Shown: positions 56,335 to 64,000 of the stretch, piece by piece
Layout of the letters: every line of letters begins with the position of its first letter
Position numbering within the stretch: position 1 is the first letter of the stretch
Translations under genes and position numbers: made by a program
The notes under the pieces: model-generated
Database searches by the model: none
What the model saw: only the letters and a program-made list of their open reading frames with translations
Told to the model about the DNA's origin: nothing
DNA from: an uncultured Pseudomonadota bacterium
Lineage (GTDB): Bacteria > Pseudomonadota > Gammaproteobacteria > Steroidobacterales > Steroidobacteraceae
Assembly (NCBI GenBank): GCA_963716335.1
Contig: OY970302.1
Span: forward strand, 3,655,302-3,719,301
Reading direction: 5' to 3'
Length of the DNA stretch: 64,000 bases

Positions 56335-57171
56335 TCAGCCACCGGTCGCAAACCCTGGATACAGCGTCATCCCCCCGTCGATGAACAAGGTCGTGCCCAC
56401 CACGTAATCCGAATGATCCGAAGCGAGCCAGACCGCTGCGCGCGCAATGTCCTCCGGCTCGCCGATTCGGCCATACGGAATCAACGTCATGAGCGCGTCA
56501 TAGGCCTCTTTCGTATTCCACGCCGAGGTGTTGATCGGTGTACGGATGGCACCGGGGGCGATGGCATTGACGCGGATGTGATGGGGGGCGACTTCCTGCG
56601 CAAGGCTTTCCATGAGCAGGCGGATGCCTCCTTTGGAGGTGGCATAGTTGGCATGGCCGCCCCACGGGATTTCCTGGTGCACGGAGCTCATGCAGATGAT
56701 CTTGCCGGCGGCGCAGGAGACCGCCGGAACGATGCCGCGACGCAGGAATTCGCGCACGGCTTGGCGCGCACACAGGAACTGTCCGGTCAGATTGACCCCG
56801 AGCACCGTGTTCCAGTCGGCCAGCGTCATCTGTTGGAAAGGGGAGTCCCGCTGCAGGCCGGCATTGGCGACCAGGATGTCAATCGTGCCGAATCGCTCGC
56901 ACATGTTCTTGAACATGTCGATGACCTGCGGTTCCGAGGAAACATCGGCCTTGCAGGCAAAAGCCTGCGAGCCGCCGCGCAGGATCTCAGCCACGACCGC
57001 GTTCGCGGCATCCGCATCGACCACGTAATTCACGACCACATCGGCCCCGGCGCGGCCCAGGGCGATCGCCACACCCCGTCCGATACCGGAGTTCGCACCA
57101 GTCACGAGCGCTTTCTGGCCGATGAGCAGCTTCTGTGGTGGCAGTTGCGGTGCGGTCGATTCGTTTGCCAT
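56335..57171 (-). CDS. SDR-family oxidoreductase (glucose 1-dehydrogenase-like)
   Basis: ALVTGANSGIGRG (TGxxxGxG), NAG motif LVANAG, and catalytic S...YATSK (YxxxK). Confidence 0.9.
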   Translation of the reverse strand: MANESTAPQLPPQKLLIGQKALVTGANSGIGRGVAIALGRAGADVVVNYVVDADAANAVVAEILRGGSQAFACKADVSSEPQVIDMFKNMCERFGTIDILVANAGLQRDSPFQQMTLADWNTVLGVNLTGQFLCARQAVREFLRRGIVPAVSCAAGKIICMSSVHQEIPWGGHANYATSKGGIRLLMESLAQEVAPHHIRVNAIAPGAIRTPINTSAWNTKEAYDALMTLIPYGRIGEPEDIARAAVWLASDHSDYVVGTTLFIDGGMTLYPGFATGG

Positions 57172-57345
57172 TGAAGCTCTCTGTCAGCAGTTCGCTGTAG
57201 CCCGGGTGCATTTCACTGCGCAAGGCGCGTTACACTAGCAAACGGCGATCCGCGAATGTGCGGGGTCTACGCTCTGCATCGGTGCCGGCTATTCACCGCG
57301 TCGGAATTTCAGTCGCGTCGCGCAAGCGCGCCAGAGTGAGTCGTG

Positions 57346-57843
57346 ATGAGCATCGTCGGGATTTTTGCTGTGCGCATCGTGATCTTTGCAGTGCGCGGAC
57401 TGCTTGTCGTGCTGTTCCTACCATTCAGCGCGCTCGATAAAATCTTGAACTTTAACGAGGCAGTGGGTCAGGCTTCCCAGGCCACTTCCATGCGGTGGCT
57501 CGCGATGAGCCTGATCGGGGCGGGGCTATTCATCGAGATCACGATGTCGCTGCTCGTGCTGACGGGGATCGCGGATCGTCTCGCGGCCTTCATCCTCGCG
57601 GGCTACTGCATCGCGACGGCGCTACTGTGGAAGCGTTTCTGGAAGGGCGGTGACTTTCGGCTCAAGGGTCCCAGCAAGGCCCGCGAGACATTCTGGGATT
57701 TCCTGAAGAACCTGGCGGTTGCCGCCGGATTTCTCCTGATTACTTTTGGAACGACTGCCGTAGGAGTGCAGCAGTTTCTGCACGATCCACTCGCCTCGAC
57801 GCATCCGTATACGCTGCCAGCTGCCGAGACGATGCATGAGTAA
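57346..57843 (+). CDS. DoxX-family membrane protein
   Basis: Four hydrophobic helices: VRGLLVVLFLPFSALDKI..., MSLIGAGLFIEITMSLLVLTGI..RLAAFILAGYCIATALLW, a DoxX-like pattern. Confidence 0.7.
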   Translation: MSIVGIFAVRIVIFAVRGLLVVLFLPFSALDKILNFNEAVGQASQATSMRWLAMSLIGAGLFIEITMSLLVLTGIADRLAAFILAGYCIATALLWKRFWKGGDFRLKGPSKARETFWDFLKNLAVAAGFLLITFGTTAVGVQQFLHDPLASTHPYTLPAAETMHE

Positions 57844-58285
57844 CGAAATGCCGCGAGTGCCGTATTGGCACCTGTACACCGATGCAGCCGGCGTCACGCA
57901 CCAGAAGCAGTGCTTGATGAGCGAGTTTCAGCTCAAGTCGATGCGCGAACCCGCAGCCCCCCAATGGCTCGGGAGGAAAACCCGGGGCACCATGACGGTG
58001 TTGGTCACCGTTCAGCCGGTGGGTTGGGTCGGCACCTGGCACGAGAACCCCAGGCCACAATGGATCGTGCCCTTGAGCGGACGCTGGTTTGTCGAATCGA
58101 TGGATGGCACGCGCGTCGAGATGGGTGCAGGCGAATGCTCCTTCGGCGGGGATCAGAATTCCCGCGAGCAGGCTGGCAGGCGAGGCCATCTGTCGGGCAC
58201 GATTGGCGCTGTGCCAGCGGTGCTCATGGTCATTCAGTTCGAGGACGCGCCGCCCGCGCCCTACGCGCCCTGCGCGTTTCGCTGA
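57836..58285 (+). CDS. Cupin-domain protein
   Basis: WHENPRPQWIVPLSGRWFVESMDGTRVEMGAGECSFGGDQ fits the cupin motif 1/2 spacing. Overlaps the DoxX gene end by 8 nt. Confidence 0.65.
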   Translation: MSNEMPRVPYWHLYTDAAGVTHQKQCLMSEFQLKSMREPAAPQWLGRKTRGTMTVLVTVQPVGWVGTWHENPRPQWIVPLSGRWFVESMDGTRVEMGAGECSFGGDQNSREQAGRRGHLSGTIGAVPAVLMVIQFEDAPPAPYAPCAFR

Positions 58286-58289
58286 ACGC

Positions 58290-59192
58290 ATGGACGGATT
58301 CGACATCCGCGACCGGCGCTTCGCGCATTACATCCTGCCCAATGCACCGCTGGAGGAGCTCGCCACCGGCTTTCGCTGGATCGAAGGCCTCGTGTGGATC
58401 GCCGATGCCGGCTGCCTGCTTTTTCAGGACCTGCCCCGGGACCGTACGATGCGCTGGATCGAGGGTGCGGGCGTCTCGCTCTACCGGGCACCTTCGGGCT
58501 ACGCAAATGGGCAGACGCGCGATCGCCAGGGGCGGCTGATTGCCTGCTCACATCGCGAACGTTGCGTGTTGCGCACTGAGCTCGACGGAACGATCACGCG
58601 GCTCGTGGACCGCCATGCGGGACGGCGGTTGAATTCCCCCAATGATGTCGTGGTGCAATCCAACGGGTGGATCTGGTTCACCGATCCGCTCTATGGAATC
58701 CAGAGCGATTACGAGGGCGGCCGCCAGCTATCCGAACAACCGCCCGCGTTGTATCGCTTCGATCCCGTCAGCGGCCGGATCGAGATCGCTTCCGACGAGT
58801 TCGATGGTCCGAATGGTCTAGCCTTTTCGCCCGACGAGAAACGGCTGTACGTCGCGGAGACCGGCGAGCAGAGCGCTGACCAACCGAAACAACATATTCG
58901 CGTCTTCGACGTCGGCCCCGATGGCCACTTGAGTCCAGGCGAGGAGTTTCACAAGGTCGAGCCCGGCTATGCCGACGGCATGCGCGTGGACGAGGACGGT
59001 AATCTCTGGACCAGCGCCGCCGACGGCGTTCACTGCATCGATCCCGGCGGCATGCTGCTGGGCAAGGTATTCGTGCCGCATCGTGTTTCGAATCTCGCCT
59101 TTGGCGGACCTGCCCGGAACCGGCTGTTCATCGGCGGTTCGCACACGCTTTACGCGATCTTCTTGAATCGACGCGGGGCAGGCTGGCCGTGA
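58290..59192 (+). CDS. SMP-30/gluconolactonase/LRE-family protein
   Basis: ...GFRWIEGLVWI...LLFQDLPRDRTMRW...ANGQTRDRQGRLIACSH...LNSPNDVVVQSNGWIWFTDP...GPNGLAFSPDEKRLYVAET...ADGMRVDEDGNLW shows six-bladed propeller lactonase motifs. Confidence 0.88.
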   Translation: MDGFDIRDRRFAHYILPNAPLEELATGFRWIEGLVWIADAGCLLFQDLPRDRTMRWIEGAGVSLYRAPSGYANGQTRDRQGRLIACSHRERCVLRTELDGTITRLVDRHAGRRLNSPNDVVVQSNGWIWFTDPLYGIQSDYEGGRQLSEQPPALYRFDPVSGRIEIASDEFDGPNGLAFSPDEKRLYVAETGEQSADQPKQHIRVFDVGPDGHLSPGEEFHKVEPGYADGMRVDEDGNLWTSAADGVHCIDPGGMLLGKVFVPHRVSNLAFGGPARNRLFIGGSHTLYAIFLNRRGAGWP

Positions 59193-60067
59193 TCGAGGAG
59201 CCCATCATTGGACTGTGCCGCCTGGTGCAGTTCAGCCTCACGACCGCCAAGCTCTTCGCCTTGCGAGCCTTTTACGAGAGCGCCTTGGGTTTCCACTGCC
59301 TCGCACGCCAACGCCATTCGGGCAGCGAATTCGAGCGACTGATGGGCGTTGCAGGCGGCGCTATCGGTATCACGCTCATGCTCGGGGACGAACGACTCGA
59401 GCTGTTGGAATTCGATCACCCCGGCGCGCCATATCCGGCAGGCTCGACTGCCGCGGATCTGGATTTTCAACACCTGGCGCTCGTCACCTCTGATATGCAG
59501 ATGGCGTATCGGCAGCTGCTCGGCGTGGACGGCTGGGAGGCCATCTCGACCCACGGCCCGCAGCAGCTACCGGACTCCTCCGGTGGCGTCACCGCGTTCA
59601 AATTTCGTGATCCGGAGGGCCACCCGCTCGAGCTGCTGGAGTTTGCCAAAGGCAGAGCGCCGTCTCGGTGGGCGTCTGCCTGCAAGGATACTCCCTGCCT
59701 GGGCATCGACCATTCCGCTATAAGCGTCCGCGACACGGCTAGGAGTGTCGCGTTCTACCGAAAGTTGGGACTGCATCTGAGCCAACAGACACGCAACAGC
59801 GGTTTAGCGCAGCAGCGTCTCGATGGGTTGCTTGATGCGGATGTGGAAGTCAGCGCGCTCGAGTTATCTGCAGGCCCCCACGTCGAGCTGTTGGGCTACC
59901 GGAACGCGAAGTCTGCCGCGACCCCGAGCGCATCGCAGCGTGACGTCGCCGCGAGCCGTATGGTGTTCGAGAGGAAGTTATCTCAAGCAATTGATTCTTC
60001 AGGAATTACTTCGCTGAGTGTGCTTGATCCGGACGGCCATCATCTGCTGATCGTCGCGCCCGCATGA
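59189..60067 (+). CDS. Two-domain VOC (glyoxalase/bleomycin resistance/extradiol dioxygenase) family protein
   Basis: Two modules, each ending in an ...F.DPDGH.LE.. type motif (FKFRDPEGHPLELLEF and LSVLDPDGHHLLIV). GTG start in a GTGA overlap with the lactonase stop. Confidence 0.78.
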   Translation: MIEEPIIGLCRLVQFSLTTAKLFALRAFYESALGFHCLARQRHSGSEFERLMGVAGGAIGITLMLGDERLELLEFDHPGAPYPAGSTAADLDFQHLALVTSDMQMAYRQLLGVDGWEAISTHGPQQLPDSSGGVTAFKFRDPEGHPLELLEFAKGRAPSRWASACKDTPCLGIDHSAISVRDTARSVAFYRKLGLHLSQQTRNSGLAQQRLDGLLDADVEVSALELSAGPHVELLGYRNAKSAATPSASQRDVAASRMVFERKLSQAIDSSGITSLSVLDPDGHHLLIVAPA

Positions 60068-60660
60068 CCGCGCGTATGTGCCCGTCGCCCCGCGCACGGT
60101 GCCTTCGCTGGCGCTGTGACTTGCATCCTTCGGTATTGACGTTTGCAGCAACGAGCTACAGTTGACGAACGCGATTCCGTGTGGTGCCTTCATGCCGACA
60201 AAGATGGGCACGATCACACCGGTCGTGGTGTTGGTCTCGAGCAGGGTGCCTTGCCCTGCACTGTCGGCTTGGCTGGGGGCGAAACCTCCCGGGGGAGTCG
60301 ATTCGGTAGACGATCAGCTGCGGATGACCGGGGACATCGAAGGTTTGCAGAGGGTTGCCATTCAGATCGAGCTCAGTCACCGCGCTGTGCGCGGCGCCGA
60401 TACCGGGCGGCAGAGTTCCGTCTGCGAGATTGTTGTTGTCCTGGTAAACGATAAAAACAGCGCTTCCCCCTTGCAGGACATCATCCGGGCGCAGAGGCCC
60501 CTGAGCTTGCGCGAACACCGACAGCGAATAGCTGCCACTTGTGAGCTGCACGGAGGAGGGACTGTTCGTCACCGGGGCGCCGGCAGTCACCCCATCGCCG
60601 CCGCAGGCGCAAGGGTGTCAATGCGAACGCGATCGCCATGAAGAAAGATGGACGCTTCAT
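59999..60660 (-). pseudogene. Frameshifted gene for a secreted protein or lipoprotein (at least two frameshifts)
   Basis: Three consecutive minus-strand frames each carry a protein-like segment. Segment 1: signal peptide MKRPSFFMAIAFALTP (from ATG 60660). Segment 2: CACGGDGVTAGAPVTNSPSSVQLTSGSYSLSVFAQAQGPLRPDDVLQGGSAVFIVYQDNNNLADGTLPPGIGAAHSAVTELDLNGNPLQTFDVPGHPQLIVYRIDSP. Segment 3: PGGFAPSQADSAGQGTLLETNTTTGVIVPIFVGMKAPHGIAFVN... The second shift coincides with a C5/G5 run at 60291-60295. The 3' end is uncertain. Confidence 0.55.
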
Positions 60661-61072
60661 TATTTTCCCGCGCCCGTAGGCAACCACCGTAGCAATACCG
60701 GATGACGGTTAATGAAGATCAAGGGCCCGGTCGTGCGGGCTTCGACGCCCATCGCGCGCGCATCGGCGGATGCGTGCAGCACTGACAATAACGCGGGAGA
60801 ACGCAGCGATCGACATCGGGGCTGGGGCCCCACACCGAGCTCAGGAACAGTAGTTGCTTTGAGTCCGGCAGAGCCCTGATCCGTAGGCGACTGAGCGAGT
60901 GCGTGATGCGGTTCTCCCGCAGGATCGAACCTCAAGCAGCGTAAGTGGGGCGTACAGCACGCGTGCGGCCAGGGAGAAGCATGAACGAGTGGTGGAGTTT
61001 TCGAACGACGTTGAAGAGTCCTGTCGTCCACGGTCGACCACGGTTGCGCCAGTGCTCCGCTAGAGTCGCCAG

Positions 61073-61990
61073 ATGAGGTCATCCAGGCGCGATGGACAAA
61101 TCGCCCGAAAGTCTGCAAGACGCACCCAAGGGCGCAACGTAGCGCGTATTCTGCCTTTCCTCGGGCTGCTGTCGCTCGTCCTGCTCGGCGGCTCCGTCCG
61201 TCCCGCCCAGGCGCAAACGCCGTCTCCGCTGCAGGAATGGCAGTACTCCGGCGGCATCATCCTCGCACGGCTGTTCGAGCCGAATCTGCCTGAATGGCGG
61301 GTAATTCTCGGCCCGGCGGCACAGGTGCAACCGGTGTACGACGGCTCGCGGGCCTACCGGGTGCAAGGCGGACCGGTGATCAATATCCGCTACTCCGATA
61401 TTGCCTTCTTCTCCACCGGAGAAGGGCTCGGATTCAACTTCCTGCGTGGCGATCACTACCAGGTCGGCGTTGCGGTGACCTACGACCTCGGACGGCAGGA
61501 AAAGGAGGACTTTGCCAACCTGCGAGGCATGGGCAACATCTCAGCGGCACCCGTCGGCAAGCTGTACGCCTCGTACGTCCTGTCGAGAAAATTCCCGATG
61601 ATCTTGCGGGTGGACGCCCGGCAATTCGTCGGTGGCGCCGAAGGCGCGGTGGGCGATGCAGGCGTCTATATACCGTTACCGGGCAGCTCGAAGACCTTCG
61701 TCATGTTCGCCGGTCCATCGATCACCTTCGCCGACAATCACTACTTGCAAACGCTCTATGGTGTGACTCCAGCCCAGTCGGCAGCATCAGGCCATCCCAT
61801 CTACGAGATTCCTCATGCCGGCACGACCGCGGCCGGCGTGGGTTTCAGTGCGACCAAGTTCGTGACCGACCACTTGCTGCTCAACGCTGATGCCGCGATC
61901 AATCAAATCAGGGGGAGTCCTGCACATAGCCCCTTGATAGAGAGACGGACGCAGCGCGTGCTGGCCTTATCGATCGATTATAACTGGTGA
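61073..61990 (+). CDS. MipA/OmpV-family outer-membrane protein
   Basis: Signal ...ILPFLGLLSLVLLGGSVRPAQA, then EWQYSGGIILARLFEP...GPAAQVQPVYDGSRAYRVQGGPVINIRY....FFSTGEGLGFNF...GVAVTYDLGR...; ends ...LALSIDYNW (aromatic C-terminus). Confidence 0.82.
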   Translation: MRSSRRDGQIARKSARRTQGRNVARILPFLGLLSLVLLGGSVRPAQAQTPSPLQEWQYSGGIILARLFEPNLPEWRVILGPAAQVQPVYDGSRAYRVQGGPVINIRYSDIAFFSTGEGLGFNFLRGDHYQVGVAVTYDLGRQEKEDFANLRGMGNISAAPVGKLYASYVLSRKFPMILRVDARQFVGGAEGAVGDAGVYIPLPGSSKTFVMFAGPSITFADNHYLQTLYGVTPAQSAASGHPIYEIPHAGTTAAGVGFSATKFVTDHLLLNADAAINQIRGSPAHSPLIERRTQRVLALSIDYNW

Positions 61991-62203
61991 AGCCCAGCGA
62001 TTGACACTTGACGAGTCGCGCTCGCGTGGATGCGGATACTCGCCGGACGAAGCGCCATGCCATCCCCGTCAGGCCCGGGCGAAAGTGAACCTTCCATCTG
62101 GAAACGCGTAACGCGTCAATCCGGCACGCGAATCAGCCAGCCTGCAGGATCCCCGACTATGTCAAGTTTCCATCCAAGTTCGGTTGGGGCCGAGCGAGTG
62201 CGT

Positions 62204-62232
62204 TTGCTACGAAGTGCTACATGTGCTACAGT
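62204..62232 (+). promoter_or_regulatory. Candidate vapBC promoter with direct-repeat operator
   Basis: TTGCTA (62204-62209), 17-nt spacer, TACAGT (62227-62232). The spacer and -10 region contain the direct repeat GTGCTACA-T-GTGCTACA (62214-62230). The -10 element ends only 6 nt before the vapB ATG. Confidence 0.4.
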
Positions 62233-62238
62233 GAGTCC

Positions 62239-62487
62239 ATGGACCGAATCATCACCCAGCGGGAACTTCGCAATCAGTCCGCAGCAGTTCTTCGCGAGGT
62301 GGAGGCTGGGCGGACCATCATCGTCTCCCGTAACGGCACACCGGTGGCGGAGCTTCGGCCGATCCGACCACGCCGGTTCGTGCCCCGGGCCACCCTGGCC
62401 GAAGCAGCGTCTCGAGCACCCCGCATCGATGCGGCCCGCTTCCGAGCGGATCTTGATGTTGTAATCGACCAGCGTATCAATGACTGA
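62239..62487 (+). CDS. vapB: Type II antitoxin (Phd/YefM-type, VapB partner)
   Basis: MDRIITQRELRNQSAAVLREVEAGRTIIVSRNGTPVAELRPI is a typical Phd/YefM N-terminal DNA-binding fold. Overlaps the PIN toxin gene by 8 nt. Confidence 0.85.
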   Translation: MDRIITQRELRNQSAAVLREVEAGRTIIVSRNGTPVAELRPIRPRRFVPRATLAEAASRAPRIDAARFRADLDVVIDQRIND

Positions 62488-62881
62488 TCCGACACGCGGA
62501 CTGCTCGATACGTCCGTGGTGATCGATCATGACGTGATCGATCCCGGGCTGCTGCCTGATCAGTCGGCGATCGCCGCCATAACCCTTGCGGAGCTGGCGG
62601 CAGGTCCGCACGCCACTGAAGACAAAGACGAACGGGCTCGACGCCAGGATCGACTGCAGTGGGCGACAGCCACGTGGGATCCGCTGCCCTTTGATGCCGA
62701 AGCCGCGCGGACGTATGGCCGAATGTTTGCGGCAGCGCGTGCTGCTGGACAGAAGGGCCACTCACGGTTGGCGGACTTGCTCGTTGCTTCGACGGCCGCC
62801 GCCAACAGCCTGCCGGTCTACACCCGCAATCCTTCCGACTTTGATGCGCTAAAAAGGATTATCAAGGTGGTGCCTCTCTGA
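62480..62881 (+). CDS. vapC: PIN-domain ribonuclease toxin VapC
   Basis: GLLDTSVVI (first acidic residue), ...ITLAELAAG..., ...ADLLVASTAAANSLPVYTRNPSDF (third and fourth acidic residues, TRN-x-xDF motif). 133 aa. Confidence 0.88.
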   Translation: MTDPTRGLLDTSVVIDHDVIDPGLLPDQSAIAAITLAELAAGPHATEDKDERARRQDRLQWATATWDPLPFDAEAARTYGRMFAAARAAGQKGHSRLADLLVASTAAANSLPVYTRNPSDFDALKRIIKVVPL

Positions 62882-63224
62882 CGAGGGTTTCTACGCATAA
62901 TTTCTCCGCACCATGGCGTCGTCATCGCTTGAGCGGGATCGACGCGCCGGAACACAAACATGTTTCCGGACATATGCTCGGGCTGCATGTTCTGTGAGCG
63001 CTTCTTCCAGATCTCTCCGGTTGTCGAGAAGAAGTCACGAATCGCGCTTTAAAGCACGCTACGGACTCATACGACCGCGACCACTGCATATTCGCCGTTT
63101 ATTCAGTTCTAATGCGGTCGCATGCAGCGAGCTATGGAACTAGGGGTAGGCCCAGCTGATTGGATCATGGCGACTCGAGCGCAAACTGAATTCAACTTAC
63201 TTCTAATTCTGAGGCGACAATTTT

Positions 63225-64000
63225 ATGTCCAAGATCAAATATTTCGCAGCCGCTCTCATTTTCACAGCCTGCGCCGGAAATGTATCGGCGATCAACGCGA
63301 ACGCCGCTAACACGGCTGCAAAAGCCGCTCCGGTTCCACCTGCAAAGGATGCACTCGTAACGCTCGAAAAGAGTGCATACGAGGCTTGGAAGTCCAAGGA
63401 CGCGAAGTTCTGGGACGCATTTCTTTCGGACAAGTTTGTCGGCTATGGTTCGTCCGGCAGGCTCGATAAGGCATCAGCAACAAACGAGTACACCGGCGCT
63501 GATTGCGAGATCAAGAGTTACGCCCTGTCCGACGAGCACATGAGACCGCTCGGTAATGATGCGGCATTGCTCACGCACAAGACGACCGTCGACGGCACAT
63601 GCGGCGGACAAAAGGTCCCGGCTAATAGTCGGGCGGCGAGCATATTCGTTCGCGACGGCGATACGTGGAAAGGAGCCTTTCACGCCGAAGCTCCGATTGT
63701 GGATCCAAAAGCGGCTCCCGCAGGACCAGCCGTCAAGAAGGAAACTGCAAAAAAGGGCGAGGCCAAACCAGTCGCTCCGGATGCCGACACCGACGCGTTG
63801 GTGGCGGCGGAAAAAGCCGTGTGGAAAGCTTGGAAAGAACACGATGCCAGAAAGCTTGAGCACCTGACAGCCAGGGATGTTTCATTTGTCGATGACTTCG
63901 GCAATTACTTCGCAACCAAGGCCGATACTATCAAGGACTGGACCGGGCCCGGATGCGATGTCAAGCGCGTCAGCATCACCGACGGCGTGGGCACAATGCC
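63225..64000 (+). CDS. Secreted tandem DUF4440/SnoaL-like (NTF2-fold) protein, 3' end outside the window
   Basis: Not in the ORF track because there is no stop in the window; translated by hand. Signal MSKIKYFAAALIFTACAGNVSA, then ALVTLEKSAYEAWKSKDAKFWDAFLSDKFVGYG...ANSRAASIFVRDGDTWKGAFHAE. A Lys/Pro-rich linker follows, then a second copy ALVAAEKAVWKAWKEHDARKLEHLTARDVSFVD... GC content and GC3 are visibly lower than in the rest of the window. Confidence 0.7.
   Translation, partial: MSKIKYFAAALIFTACAGNVSAINANAANTAAKAAPVPPAKDALVTLEKSAYEAWKSKDAKFWDAFLSDKFVGYGSSGRLDKASATNEYTGADCEIKSYALSDEHMRPLGNDAALLTHKTTVDGTCGGQKVPANSRAASIFVRDGDTWKGAFHAEAPIVDPKAAPAGPAVKKETAKKGEAKPVAPDADTDALVAAEKAVWKAWKEHDARKLEHLTARDVSFVDDFGNYFATKADTIKDWTGPGCDVKRVSITDGVGTM

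Noticed and set aside
62882-63224. Small ORFs in the AT-rich spacer after vapC (62913-63143, 63122-63310, 63203-63433). Also a minus-strand reading ...IRDFFSTTGEIWKKRSQNMQPEHMSGNMFVFRRVDPAQ that looked like a possible gene remnant.
   Set aside because: - They have no start or RBS context, no recognisable domain, and frames interrupted by stops.
- They may be decayed remnants, but that cannot be supported without a database search.

Overview
High-GC (roughly two-thirds G+C by eye) chromosomal segment that looks gammaproteobacterial, Xanthomonadales-like. It carries the conserved uvrC-pgsA-tRNA-Gly-tRNA-Cys synteny and is densely coding on both strands.

Recognisable content, in order:
- mazG 3' end and a PepSY protein with an OmpR/PhoQ-type two-component pair.
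- A two-gene lysine-to-aminoadipate module, class II DAHP synthase, a UDG-family glycosylase, uvrC and pgsA.
- A metal-homeostasis block: NRAMP importer, RcnR-type repressor with a His-rich CDF exporter, and an OprB porin.
- Several small secreted or membrane hypothetical proteins.
- A complete System I cytochrome c maturation operon, ccmABCDEFGHI.
- A KGG stress protein and an HME-type RND efflux triplet.
- A choline-sulfatase gene with a substrate-binding/permease fusion.
- A 7-gene minus-strand catabolic operon: MFS, Pot-type ABC transporter, enolase-superfamily enzyme and GMC oxidoreductase.
- A 1133-aa clan SB peptidase.
- An SDR/GMC operon facing a DoxX-cupin-SMP30-VOC operon.
- A lower-GC 3' block with a frameshifted gene, MipA, vapBC and a tandem DUF4440 protein.

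The most notable observation is on the minus strand at 20473-20806. A tRNA-Leu(UAA) gene there is split between anticodon positions 34 and 35 by a 247-nt ORF-less group I intron of the type classically associated with cyanobacteria and plastids.

In E. coli this tRNA (leuZ) directly follows tRNA-Gly/tRNA-Cys. Here it lies about 10 kb away and is inverted. The intervening block contains a free-standing GIY-YIG nuclease gene and a degenerate kinase-TonB_C fusion.

No CRISPR array, rRNA, transposase, integrase or recognisable prophage was seen. All calls rest on reading the translations and sequence motifs by eye; no database search was run.
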